The notes under the pieces are model-generated. The model searched no databases, was not told the DNA's origin, and was given only the letters and a program-made list of their open reading frames with translations. From the NCBI GenBank assembly GCA_002633005.1, contig NMRA01000017.1:268260-332259 (forward strand): a DNA stretch of 64,000 nt. The letters run 5' to 3'. The DNA comes from Phoronis australis (Eukaryota; Animalia; Phoronida). The first letter of the stretch is position 1. Each line of letters opens with the position of its first letter. The position numbers were made by a program, and so were the translations under genes. This document shows positions 12,531 through 24,900 of this stretch, one piece after another.

Positions 12531-13572
12531 CGCCACCGGGGCAGATATGGGTTTGGTTAGAGTGCTTAACTGGTGGACAGAGGTCCTACAGTGAACATTG
12601 ATTAGTGCTTCAGTTGAAATAGCGACCACGACACTTAGGGACACCTAGGGGTAATCACCATCGGTGAACCTTGACTGGCGGGCGACCTGAATGTGACTTG
12701 GTCACAGTAGCACCATGCAGTGACCCATTTCTGTCATGAGAATTTCTAGAAGCCTATTGGTTACGGTATGGTGGATTTGCTTGCATAGGCAAAAAAGGCG
12801 TTGTCCGGCCACCATCGAGTAATCGGCTTTAAGCCCGCAATAATGGCGAGCGTTCTATGATGTCATAAGCATTGTGGCTGGCTTCACTCTCATGTTCTTC
12901 ATCCTGTTTCATTTAGTGAGCACTTTCATTTGGAACATTGAATGTTTTACTTTTGCATTATGGGCTCTCAAAAATTTCGCTTTTACGATTTTTATGTAAA
13001 AAATTATAAGTTGCATGAAACGGAAACACAGTGATATCTTAGAAAACTGTTAAGCAGTTTTGAGATTTCATCCCGAACACATGTGACCCAATTAATGACA
13101 GATTGATATAAAGTTCAAAATGAAAGTCTATAGGCCAGAAAATATGTAATATAACCATTACCCAAATATCACTTTTCAAAACAAAGTGAGTTGTTTAACT
13201 TGCTGTTTGCCTGAAGATGAACATGTGCAAACGCTATCAATCACTTTTTGTCAGGTCTATTTTTTACCACTGGTACTGGTGTTGGTCTGGTGTACACTCT
13301 GTTTGGCTTTGGCTGTTTTGTTTTACCAGAGAAAGCTGATTATCTACACAGTTTGATGATTCTTCAAGCTAAGTAGATTTTGAAGACATAAGCATAGTTT
13401 CATTTTGTGCAACTGGCACTGCCCTCTGGTGGATATGGATGGTGACAGCTTCGATTATGACTGTGAGTTTACCCAGGTCATTTCTTAGTTTGCTTGCATA
13501 TATGTAATAGTCCTGTAGTCTTTACGTTGTAGTCCTGTCTTAAAGACCAACAAGTGTGTGCTTTTGTTATAG

Positions 13573-13695
13573 AGTGTTAGGGACGTGATACAAAGAAGAA
13601 ATCCACGTTCACCGTACTTGCAGGGAAGCCAGACTGGTGAATTCGATCTAGGAACTATAAGAGCCAAGAAGACCCTAGCTCGGTTGAACTGGAAG
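13573..13695 (+). CDS. Candidate internal exon (phase 0 to 0; SVRDVIQRRNPRSPYLQGSQTGEFDLGTIRAKKTLARLNWK)
   Basis: Acceptor GCTTTTGTTATAG|, 41 open codons with purine-rich exon-like composition, weak donor AAG|GTCAAT. Confidence 0.4.
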
Positions 13696-14052
13696 GTCAA
13701 TCAAGTTGAATCTTTCTGTGTTACTTAGCAAAGGTTGAACTTGGATGAGCGTCATCATCTTCATCGTGTGTATAATAACAGAATAATTAGATGACATCTA
13801 GTATACATGTTGAGAAAGTTTATTTTGAAAATAAGTTTGGACAAATAAAGATTGTGGTGAATGTGAGCATTAAATGGTGTAACGTGATTGTTGATGGCTA
13901 TTATAGCTGGACATCATCACCTGTAACCACTGATCAGGTGTTGTTAATACTGTGCATGAAAGCTACCAATTGAACACTGCCTGCAGTTTGCTCTCATGTG
14001 CTTAGTGTACAGCTCAATCCATGTTCTGTCATAAGACTCCATGTAGTTGGCT

Positions 14053-14171
14053 CTCCCATCCTCCCGCCTCCCCCTCTCCATCCCCTCTCCTCCACCACTC
14101 CCTCCTCTCCATCCCCTCCCCTCCCCCTCTCTNCCCTCCCTCTCTCCCTCCCCTCCACTCCCCCTCTCTCC
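14053..14171. repeat. C/T-rich low-complexity tract
   Basis: About 120 bp of mostly C and T in CCCCTC/CTCC runs. It accounts for the P/S/L-rich and G/E/R-rich ORFs here. Confidence 0.9.
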
Positions 14172-14174
14172 AAG

Positions 14175-14560
14175 GTAGTAAGCGGCTCATCATTAACCCC
14201 TACACCTGCAGGGTTTCGCACAAGACTTGACATGTCATAGGCAGTGTTCAGGTTGATAGTTCGGAGATGTGATTTCTGAATGTAGTTGCTAAATGTGAAA
14301 TATGGCTGTAATATGACTAGGGTCCTATTTGCACAGTTGCGGATAATTTTTAACAAGACTACAGAAGGGTTTTCATAAGTCAGAGACCTGGGCGTCTTGA
14401 GTTTTTGGTAACTTAGAAGAAACCACCGTGACACGTCAAAGGAAATAAATCTAATGTCTGCTTGTGGCCCTCCATTGAGTTGATGTTAAGATTTCATTTA
14501 GCTCCTAGTCTTCCCTTCCCATATATGGATGCAAGGATAATTTTAGGAGTGCATCGCAGA
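14175..14560 (-). mobile_element. Decayed LINE RT N-terminal fragment
   Basis: Minus-strand IILASIYGKG, YENPSVVLLKIIRNCANR and INLNTAYD resemble the IxPIxKxK, YRPISLLxxxxKxxExxxxNR and DLxKAYD motifs. Confidence 0.4.
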
Positions 14561-15189
14561 ATTAACCATTTTATTGATGCACTGTGATTCTTTTTGCTCA
14601 GACTATCTGGCATATTTAAATTGTAATGACAATCATGCCTCATTTTGTCTCAATGCATGGTTGATGCATAGTTGTGTTCAGATCAGATTCTAACGCATAA
14701 GAAGAACAGATCAAAACCATTCTCTATTACCAAATCAACAATCTCGATGTCAGTGAAGGGGTGGGAATTGTGAGAATGCATATGCCAAATGTCAATTTTC
14801 AAGGTTTTTACAAAAACTCAAATGCAGTAGACATAGACGAGAAGCATAACCCACTGGTGTAGAGACAAAGTTTGGTCTAAATAAAAAATTCCAAGTGACC
14901 TAACGAAGCAAAACTGCCCTCTCTTCCCAATACTGTCGCAGAAGTGGTTTTATAGGCCTACTGTAGCCTATAGTCAGAACTAATGAAATATGGCGAAAGT
15001 CACACGAGGTTTGCAATCTGGCCACAGCACAATGTGCTTGTCAATCACCAGATACTCTGCGATGAGCTGCTAGGGATGTATGATTGATGTCGTTCACTGA
15101 CTGCAATATTTGATGAAGTGTGATATGCAGTGCTGCTGCATTGTAGGATGAATTGTTTTTGTTATTCCACGTGTTTATCTGCTCTCAAG

Positions 15190-15232
15190 TCACTGATGAA
15201 AGGACTCAAAGACCTTCCTTCCAACTCAAAAG
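15190..15232 (+). CDS. Candidate internal exon (phase 0 to 1; SLMKGLKDLPSNSK+G)
   Basis: Acceptor TTTATCTGCTCTCAAG| and donor AAG|GTGGGG. Continues the 13573 exon in frame (LARLNWK-SLMKGLKDL). Confidence 0.4.
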
Positions 15233-18200
15233 GTGGGGCTGTCGTCCTGTACACATGAGCACTTCAGGCAAATCAATGTATTCTCTTTCCGTCTCGCAAA
15301 ACTGTTCAGAATTTCTGTACAATTCCAAAATGGAATCTAGCGATTTACCACTTTCTATCATCAATATGGTTTTGAGCAATGACAGGTCATTGTCAGACTT
15401 CTTCCATCATAAGTCAACAATTTTGTAATTAGGGAATGTGAAAACTAAAGCTGCTGACATTTAAGAAGTATTGATACCACCCTTCTAAAATGTGGACATG
15501 AAATACATACATACAAGAGTTAGCCTTGTGTGTATTTGTATTTAACAGACAAGACTTGATAGCAAACCAATGGCACCTTTTGTCAATGGAGCATGGGACA
15601 CACCACGTTTTCAAAATGGTCTAAATACCTGGAAGTGAATTTTGATCATATATCATGGAGCCGAATTTCCCCAAGATCAACAAGAAAGCGGGTTCTTTGA
15701 TATCGATATTTTGCTGGTATTTTCTTACTTCTTGTGGCAATGTAACGGTACTACTAAGTTGAGTCGTCAAAGATTGAGTGTGGCCTCATGGTGGTGGTGC
15801 CCCTTCCTTACTCACTGAGTCTTTCTATGGATAGAACAAACAAAGACTCTAAGTAACTGGTGCAGTGATGGATGAATGCGGTGCATGTTGGTTTTGTGAA
15901 TACTTAGTTACTGATGTAGAAAATACTGAGACTTCTTTTTCCCTCAACTTTGATATATTTGTATTCAAGATTTTTTTTCTAAATTGTCTACGGTGTAATA
16001 GTTGAAAAAGGTGGGAGTTTTGCTTAAAACCAGAAGGGCAATAGTAATGATAATGTTGAGAACATGTGATGGCAATAATAACAAGAACAATAATAACAGT
16101 AATATTTAGTTATAATAATTTTAACCATGACGGGCATTTTTTACATAGTGATGGCCCGTAGCAATGTATTTTGTATTGCTCATAAGATTCCCAATATCAA
16201 TCTCTATTTCTAAATGTTTATTGCAAATAGTCATAGTTTTCAATGACAGCTGTGAATTTTCTTGCTCCACAATATTGATGTAGCAGTTCAGTAGAATCAT
16301 AGTGTATGTGGTCCGCTGATACACTGGAGTGTAACATTGATAGTTACACTCAAGCGGAGTTTTCATAGTTTTATTGCATTGATTTTTCACTTTCTGTACC
16401 TCAGTGTATTAATAGTGATAGTGGGTAATCCTTACATAACTGTTGTACAAAAGTCATCAGTCAAATCCTATTCAGGTCGTGTGATTACTTGGTGAGTGAG
16501 TATTAATGAACTCTGTTAAATCAATCACTATTGTTTCAAATTAGACTTAATTTACATACATTCGGGAACCCACATAGGAATCAATAACGTCAAGTTGATT
16601 ATTGCTGGAACGCCTCATTAAATCTGGTGATGGTTTGTTTGCTGCATGCACATTGTATCAGGTAAGAGACAGCTTTCTATCTGTGATTACATTATAAAGT
16701 AACATTCAATTAAGAGAATGTGAGACTTAACACATTCGCTAGTACTCTTCATCTATGCAGGTAGGTCAGCTTCAATAATGATTGTCAGGTATGTGCGTTT
16801 ACGTCAAAGTTTTGGCGAAGAGTAAATCGCCATATGAAAATGTAAATGTGACTTTGGCTCAGAAGACAGTGTCAGGTGACCATCATCCACATGTTAAAGA
16901 TATGGCAGATTGTTAGAATCTGTTTTGTGGCCTAGTTTAGGGAATGTCTTTAGTGGTGTGCTCTTGAGTAAAAAGTTGTGGTTCAGATGGGCAGTTGGCC
17001 CAGAACAAGATGGCGACCACAACTCACATTACATCAAAAAAGTAGACAAAACGTTCATCATATTTCTCAAATTTTGGATTATGTATTTTGTATCAACAGA
17101 GTCTAAAAACAGACATGGCAGTTGGCAGTTAATAAAATTGTTGGGAAATTAATCGCCAATGCAACATTTCCAATTGTCCCCGTAGTGTGTAACATCAAAG
17201 TGAATGTTTACCTGACATACATTCTCTTTGAAATCAAACCATTGGTTGTGCAAAACAGGCACAATTTCAATGCGAACCAAAGCTGTTTTACCCAACGTTT
17301 CCGTAAGAGGTGTATAGGTACACCTTCTCCGATCTCGAGTTCAAAGAATTTGTCGTAAGACTTGTTGCCGATGCGAAAAGTGAATAAGCACTCTCTAATG
17401 GACACATGCATTTGAGTATCTAAGTATGCAACTTGAAATAGGAGAAATACATGCTGAAAAACTACCAGTGACTATTCTGGGACTGGCCTGTTATAGTATT
17501 GTCATCAGTCATTGAAGATGCTAAGTTAGATAAATCTGAGTGCAAGCCCCCTTGTAGTCCAAATTTTGCAAGTCGTACAGTTAAAAAACATTGTTCAAAA
17601 AGACAGAAGCATTGTGTGCCATACGCGAATGCGTTATTGATGCACGGTAATTCTTTAATTTGGGATGGCTAGTTTTGCCTTTTCTAAAATTTGGTACAAC
17701 TCTGGCCTTGGGCACAGTAATTTTTTGTTTCATTGTGACAGTCCCAAATTAGAGGACTTTTCCATATGTTGTATAGAAAGCGTTTAAGGTCCAATTTGGG
17801 CTGATGAAAGTCATTAGTCTTTTTTAATTGACTGTAATGTGCAAAAGATATGTAATTGATTACTGTATCATCAGGCTAGAGATATCATATCCAACCATCC
17901 GTGTACATAGTTAGTGTGAGTGGTTACTGGCTGTCAAGAAAGATATGGTAAATATTATTTTTTGTGTTTCATTTCCTTGTTTTCATTGGATTTCACTTGA
18001 CTTGATACCCCCTCTATTATTTTAAATGTTTATGGGACTGGGTGACTATGATAACCTGTTGTATTTTGCATACCTGTAGCAACTAATTCTTAATCCTAGG
18101 CTCCTGCCTCTATTGTTGTTCAGTGGAACTCCTAGGCTAATTCCTTATCTCTGTGATTGCTTGGTCACTTTAGTTAGAAGCACAACATTTAACAATGATG

Positions 18201-19308
18201 TGAATATGAAGTAGGTTGAAAATTGCGAAATGTTTTTATGAATCAGTTCCATGTCCAAAATGATCCAGCGTAAATAACTCAACCATATTCAGTAAGTATG
18301 GTGAGGTGGTGTTGGAGATTAACATTGCATGATGTGGGCTATTTGAGCCACCAAGGTTCGTCGTTAGTTCAAAGGTCACCTATTTGCAGAATCTTTTGTT
18401 TTCCCATTTACTAGTTGTCAATGAGTTTAACTGTACTTTGTTTAGCGTAGATGATGTTCAAATAGCATTGCTGTTTAGTTCCTGCTATACATGATCATAG
18501 TTAGGAACATGCAAATATTTCTTTAAGTATTTACAAACATCCCAGCTCAAACTTCTCCCTCATTGGTTAGTTTTGTATTTGGCGTGCATTCTGATTGGTT
18601 GAATGGGTTCACTTGCAAGTTATATGTAACATTTTATACAATCACACCAGAAGCTTTCAATACATCATACCTAATACATGAGCATTTCTCTCTACGAACT
18701 ACCTCGTGGGTTTTCCTTAGTATAATAAAACCCACACCAGTCTTCCCAAGCCTTCACTGGCTCATCACTAAGTTTTGCCCATCGTCCTCAATAGGATGTT
18801 TTCCTGCTAATTAGTAGACAAATAGGGTACTAAAACTATATCAATATCTTCCATAATACACGTGTAACCAGTCAATTGTGCGTCTCATTCAAATGAAATC
18901 CAACAGCTTAGCAAATACATTAGGCTTCAGTATTTACTCACTATTTAGCAGTTGGCTATCTCTTTCAAGTTTGGCTTCCCTGTCAGTTCAGCTTTGTTTG
19001 CAAAAAGTGTTGCTTGTCGGAGAATATTTCATGCCGTATTCACTTGTGCCTCCGACAGCTTTTCTCATGGTGTGATTATTCTACGATTAAGCTTTTACTC
19101 CATCAGACATGAACGTAAGTAAAATGTTCTTTTTTTTCAAAAGCTTTTGATTGGTGCCTTCTTTAACAATAAGGTTGAGATGCATTGTGGAGTTAAAATG
19201 GAAACTGATATCTCCATTTGAAAATGGGCATTGTCAGTCAAAATTGTTATTGCATGTGCCTGGCCCTCAAAAAGTGTTATTGATAAGATAGGGTCTTGTT
19301 TAACTCAG

Positions 19309-19561
19309 AGGCGTCCTCAGCTGATCGTCCCCAATATACTACATATGGTAATACTACAAGATATGACACTCGACACTAGAAATTCCACCGTGTCTTCGAT
19401 TCAGCCGTCCATATCAAACTCATAACTCAATAAATTTACACAAAACGGGTTCAACAAACCATGAGAAATTTTTATTTCTTATAATACCATTCACGGTGTC
19501 CTGCTCCAGCGAGTTCTCAAGAAATTCGCTGTGAAAGCATAAAAACATTCCCAAAAAGCCC
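19309..19561 (+). repeat. Interspersed repeat, copy 2 (homologous to 4558-4808)
   Basis: Colinear similarity to 4558-4808. Confidence 0.85.
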
Positions 19562-21709
19562 AAACACACTTTGCACTTTGTCGGTTCGAGGTCAAGAACG
19601 GTACGGTAAAGTCACGATGTCGATAGCGCCGTCCATCCGTAATTCATCAGTAATTTCCGTACCGTTGATACAGCTGATGATATCTTTCAAGAAATTTTTG
19701 TCAGACAGCTCAATATAAGTGGAGTCAATGTGACGGACCTATGTGACAGGCATACCCTCTGAATTTCTAGTATTAAACTGTTTGTTGTGACTAAGATATC
19801 GACTCAAAATGATTCAAGCTTTTGCAGTACTTAAGCTATATTGGTTTTTTGCTACTAATTCAATGTTTTTAACTAAAATGTATCGATTGATCTTTAGCAC
19901 AAAATCATCACAGGTAGGCCTATGCTAGGAATATACTCTAGGATTTTAACTTTTCAACGCATTTAATTAAAGATATAAAAAACCAACTAAAATCTTCACT
20001 TCCTTTTGAAGACGGTAATCCATATAGGTGGAAATTAGAGTGATAATCATGCTGTATTTGACGGCTATTAGTTATCAGGAAAACCTGTTTTCATGCTTTA
20101 AATAGAATAATAATTCAAAAGCAATAAGTAAATATGACTGTCAAAATAGAAAATCTGAAATAAAGTTAAAAACATTACTAATAACTGTCATAAAAACATG
20201 TTTTAATTAATTGTTTTTTAAATTAAAACTCGCCGTTAGCTTGCACAAAATTATTCTCTGGACCATACCGTTGACGGTTCTGATGCTTGCTGTGTAAGGG
20301 ACAATAATGGTGATGTTTTAAAAGTATTAGTACCAGGACTTCAGTATCTTCCTAAAACAAAGTGTGAAGCATGGTTTAGTAGACAGCATCGACTTTTGGC
20401 ATTCATATTTTGATTGAAATCACCTGTGCTGTCTTCCAGTGTGAAAACAAGACATGTTTTAATCAATTGCATTTAGGATTATGATTAAGGAATATGTAGA
20501 GCTAACTTATCAGATGTTGGTTTCTATTTAGTGATTAGCGTAATTAGGTTTTCATCCAGCTCTAACTCATGCCTTCTTTTCAAATTGAAAGAGAGGCTTT
20601 AAATATTACCACATCACAGTACGCACAAGTACAATTATGAATTTCTTGATCTACGATGGCATTTTTTTAGTTTCAAACGATATTCGGGCAGGTATTTATT
20701 CTTCTCCCAGTTGAATATGTCCTTCCGTTGTCTCCAACAATTTCCTCTATTGTTTCTAATCGCCGATTAAATCTCCTCAAAGCTCAGCAGAAAAAAATCA
20801 TCTAATTCTTAAAAAGATTGAGGGATCAAAAATATATACATGCTATAAACATTCCCACAAATAAGATTGGCCCAAACCCCGCCTATCAGGGTAAACGGTG
20901 GGGTTTGGCAGATTGAACTAGACCGTATTTATCCACCTTGGCTGAGTCGCGCTCGGCTCACGCTCAAAGGGATGCCGCCAAGCTGCTCTATTCATCGAGT
21001 CACGAGCGAGGATAATTGGCTTCGCTCATGTGGATATGATCAGCTGATTACAGTCTAGCGTAGCAGACTGTACTTTTTATGGAGAGAGTTTTACATAGTT
21101 TTTACTGTAATATTTGAAAAGAGGAGCGAAAACAAATATGAGTACAACTTTGAATTTTTCAAATCGGCCCAGGATAAGAGATTTTGCAACACAGCAACAC
21201 TCAAGATTACTTTCATTCGGCACACACGAATACAAAAATATAGGACCCAAGTTATTCAAATTTTGGAATACATGCATTGCAATATTCAAAATACGTTTAT
21301 TATGAATCTTACAGCTGTAAAACGACGTCGTTTAATTTCATTGTGTTCATTCATTGTCATTCGTCAAATCGCAAATTTCCTAGAGTGATCTGCAGCGTGC
21401 GCGTATGTATATAAAACACGTGATTGTTATGTTTCTTAAGTACGAACAGTAAGAAACTTAAGCATGGGTTGTTATTAACAGGGACACAATAAAACGAATT
21501 TGGATTTTTGACTATAGTCTTGATACAGCAAGCTGGCTGACCACTGCGTCAGCGTTAGACCCAGAAATTTCACACAGCCCGGGTAGTTCACCTCGTCACC
21601 ACGTCCCCAACATGTATATCGAGCCTTGGACTATTAATGTTTTACTCCACGGTAGAGCTAACGACCGTTGGCCTGTGCAGACAAAATCTGTGAGTTAAGC
21701 GGCACTCAC

Positions 21710-21790
21710 CTTGCACGTTGCAGCTGTTCAAGTGAAAAGCAATCTAGTAAACGCCATTTTATTGCATAATTGAAACAAAAAAGTCGGTCG
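21710..21790 (-). other. Candidate non-coding first exon on the minus strand
   Basis: Consensus donor CAAG|GTGAGT at 21710/21709. Contains AAAATGGCG (YY1-like, typical just downstream of a TSS); that ATG stops after 9 codons. 5' end uncertain. Confidence 0.45.
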
Positions 21791-21870
21791 TTGATGACTC
21801 GCACACGCACTCACTCTCATACGCAGACGAACTTCAAAACAAACGTCACGTGACAACAACATGTGTGTTC
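21780..21870. promoter_or_regulatory. Candidate bidirectional promoter with palindromic GTCACGTGAC (USF/MiT-TFE CLEAR-type E-box)
   Basis: GTCACGTGAC at 21845-21854 within a locally CpG-rich stretch, flanked by outward-facing splice donors at 21709 (-) and 21976 (+). Confidence 0.55.
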
Positions 21871-21975
21871 ATCTAGAGATTTTTCTCGTGTTGTGGGGTA
21901 CGATGTAGTGCAGATTTGGACTTAATCGCAATTAATCTGGACTCCACATGAACTTTGAAAATTGTAAAACATAAG
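21860..21975 (+). other. Candidate non-coding first exon on the + strand (contains uORF MNFENCKT*)
   Basis: Donor AAG|GTAATT at 21975/21976, ~120 nt downstream of the E-box. 5' end uncertain. Confidence 0.4.
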
Positions 21976-24900
21976 GTAATTTGTTGAGTCGAAACTATAT
22001 TTTTATTCAAGAAAGTTTTCCTATTAACTATCGTGATTCAGCGACATATCAGTCGGCAAGTTTTCGCCCTGGGATTTCAGCACAATTTTTTGAAAAATGA
22101 TCGTAATTTAACAACGGAGTAGAAAGACTGTCATAGGCTACAAATATGTCACAGAGCGTAAATTTGATGAATCCTAGCTTCCGATTTTATCTGTTTCGGA
22201 AACGGGGGTTTCAACTGCCTTAGGCTGCAATAAGGGTCCCCTCCTGGTGAAATGAATTTTTCTAAGCCTTTATTAGAGCCAATACAGTATACAGCTTTCC
22301 ACCAAGGCTAGGTGATGCTACAACATTATTCTTTGTTGCATTAGTTAACTGGTCTTGGCTCATTATCATTTTATGTCCTGGTCATCCATTCAGCCAGAAG
22401 TAGTTCCATAGGTGGCTTATCAGCCAATTATTCACGCATGCTGACTCACAATAGAAGCCCAATAAGAGTGAAGGTGGATAAATGCAGTGTTCCTACAGTT
22501 TCTTGCAGTAGTGGATGTGTTCATGACATGTAAGATGAGACAATGTAATCATTTGCTCTGAATCATTTCATACAAGCCACCCAATGACCCAATACACTAA
22601 AAAACACAAAAGGGGTGTGACAATATTGCCCAATAAAGTAGGTGACAGGATCCTTAAAAATGCCCAGTATCGACATTTTCAACACAAAACACAGTATAGC
22701 TGGTCAGAGCAGAAATAACATGTTGATTCCAGCGCAACAGCAACTTGACATGTATTCCTTTAGGTTTATTGTTATTTATACTCTAGAGTACGTTAGGAAT
22801 TCTTTTGTATGACTGTTTTTGCATCTTGAATTCCCCAAAAGCTTTCTTTTCAAACTCGGGGTACCAACAGATAAACAATAAGTTCATTAAATTAGCATTT
22901 TGTTTTATTTACATTGTATAATGTGGGCCAACTGTCCGATTTTAATAAGTTGAATTCTACTAAGAATAACTAGATGACATTGTAAACTATAACTTTTCTG
23001 CAAATACTTTTGAAATTGAAAAATCCAATGCATTTAGTTAAAATCTGAAGCAACTTCTTCACATGATTTTAAATCTGCCTTTGTAATATTTTATTATTTT
23101 AAAGTTCTTAGGTGTGTGATACATTTGATCTTCTGAAGTTTAGAAAGTAAAAATATGACCTAAGGTTACTTTCATTGTTATTTCTTGGGTGTGATGGACG
23201 TACGTGACGGACGTACAAATTTGGTGTACGTCTATCATGCAGTTTCTGACTTAACGAATAATCCCTGGAATCTAAAATTTTGGTCAATAGTATTGAGTAA
23301 CAAATTAAAAGATAATCTGAATTTATTTTAAATTTGATTGAAAACTTTTAACGTAATTAAACTTTTTAACACTTTTTTGTGATGGACGTGCAACACCACG
23401 ATATCCAGGAGTTGATCTTTGACCCTTAGAAGTGGAAGATGTGCCAAAGTTGAAATGTTGTTTTTTATAAAGTTTGGGGTTCATGTGATTGTACAAATTT
23501 GATAGCATAGTGAACTACCCATAATTAGCTTTTTATGAAAATAATTAGCAAGACATTTGAAACTCGAGCTAATTTTTTTAGGATCAAGTGACCCCCAAAA
23601 ATGGGTCCATTTAGGCAAACAATTGAAAGTTATAGGACAGTCAAATATAGGTCCTGAAACTAAGAGAGAATGAGCTTTCAGATAAGACCAGAAATGTTAG
23701 TGTAGCCACAATTTTAATGTTTTTATCTCGAGGTTGACCTTTTCCCCGGAATTGCCCATGGGCAAATTCCTTTCTTGCTGGGTATAATCAGAGAACATTT
23801 TCAACAATTGTGAAAAAATGTCAACAATTAATGCATCACTTATAAGGTCTCATTGATAGCTTTCAAAGCGTGTATCAACTTGTCTTTTCTCATTGCTTGC
23901 TGAATTTCAATGAAGCTTGGCAAAGAACTAGTTGACTACAATATGCCAGCAGCAGTCGATTTTTGTCTGGATCAGTCAACTGCAGCATCCCCCCAGGCGT
24001 ATTTGGTCTTGACAAGCCTGATTTTTGCAGCCGTATTGTTTAAGGAGAAGAGCGTTTAGGGAGCAGAGCGTTCCGATAATATCTGAAGAAACAATTGAGG
24101 GGTTTCAGTGAAACTTAAGACAGAGGTATGTGGCGGCAATGGGCATTGCGCTGTCACCACTCGATTTTGGAACAGTTTAAGGTTCTGCAGTGGCCATTTT
24201 GTCAAGTTGTCCTATTGGTGTTATTTGCCCAATATCTCATTAAGTTCTGGTCTGATCATGATGAAATTTGGTACAAAGAGAATTCAGCATGCTTAGTGCA
24301 GCTTTGAGCGGTGCATAATTCAAGATGTGTTCTGCCATCTTGAATTTCACCAACTTCCATCTCCTGCACATGACAGCTTATATGATCATGCACTTTATCA
24401 ATCTTAATGTTTTCTGGGACATTGGTTTGTTCCTGGTATTATTTTATGGATGCAGGGCCAAACTCAAGGTTAACTGAGCTTGAAGGTCAAGTTGAACTGA
24501 AATAAATTCATCCTCTTTTGTCAGACAAAATGTTAAATGTATGAGAAATGCTTAATCAAAAACTTTGATTTCTTTTGTGATCCTATAATATTGAGGATAT
24601 GGGATAGCTAAATCCTAGAATTTTATATTCTCTGGAAATGTTAGGATATTCAGATAGTCTATACATGTATATGTAGGCTGTTTTCTCATGCTGTTTGTTG
24701 GCCTGTGATCACAGTCTTCATCTGTTCAAATACTGCGTTCATGATGACAATATTGAGGGTCCTTCATAAATATTAAACTTATTCAATTTATGTGTGCATT
24801 CTTGCTTGGTTACACTGGTGAGTTATTCAATTAACTTGATTACCTAATTCAAGTTCAGTAGCCATAAATGTAGAAAGATTATTGGAATTGCACTTGTTTG

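Noticed and set aside
13435-13462. Short ATG exon MDGDSFDYD (phase 1) or MVTASIMT (phase 0) before GTGAGT
   Set aside because: Ambiguous frame and too short to support without transcripts.
13994-14240. Pro/Ser-rich and Gly/Glu/Arg-rich ORFs
   Set aside because: Artefacts of the C/T low-complexity tract next to a LINE fragment.
24790-24817. MCAFLLGYT + phase-1 donor CTG|GTGAGT; similar tiny candidates at 16646-16661 and 62255-62273
   Set aside because: Poor or ordinary start context and very short. Such ATG-donor pairs are expected by chance, so they are not counted in the array.
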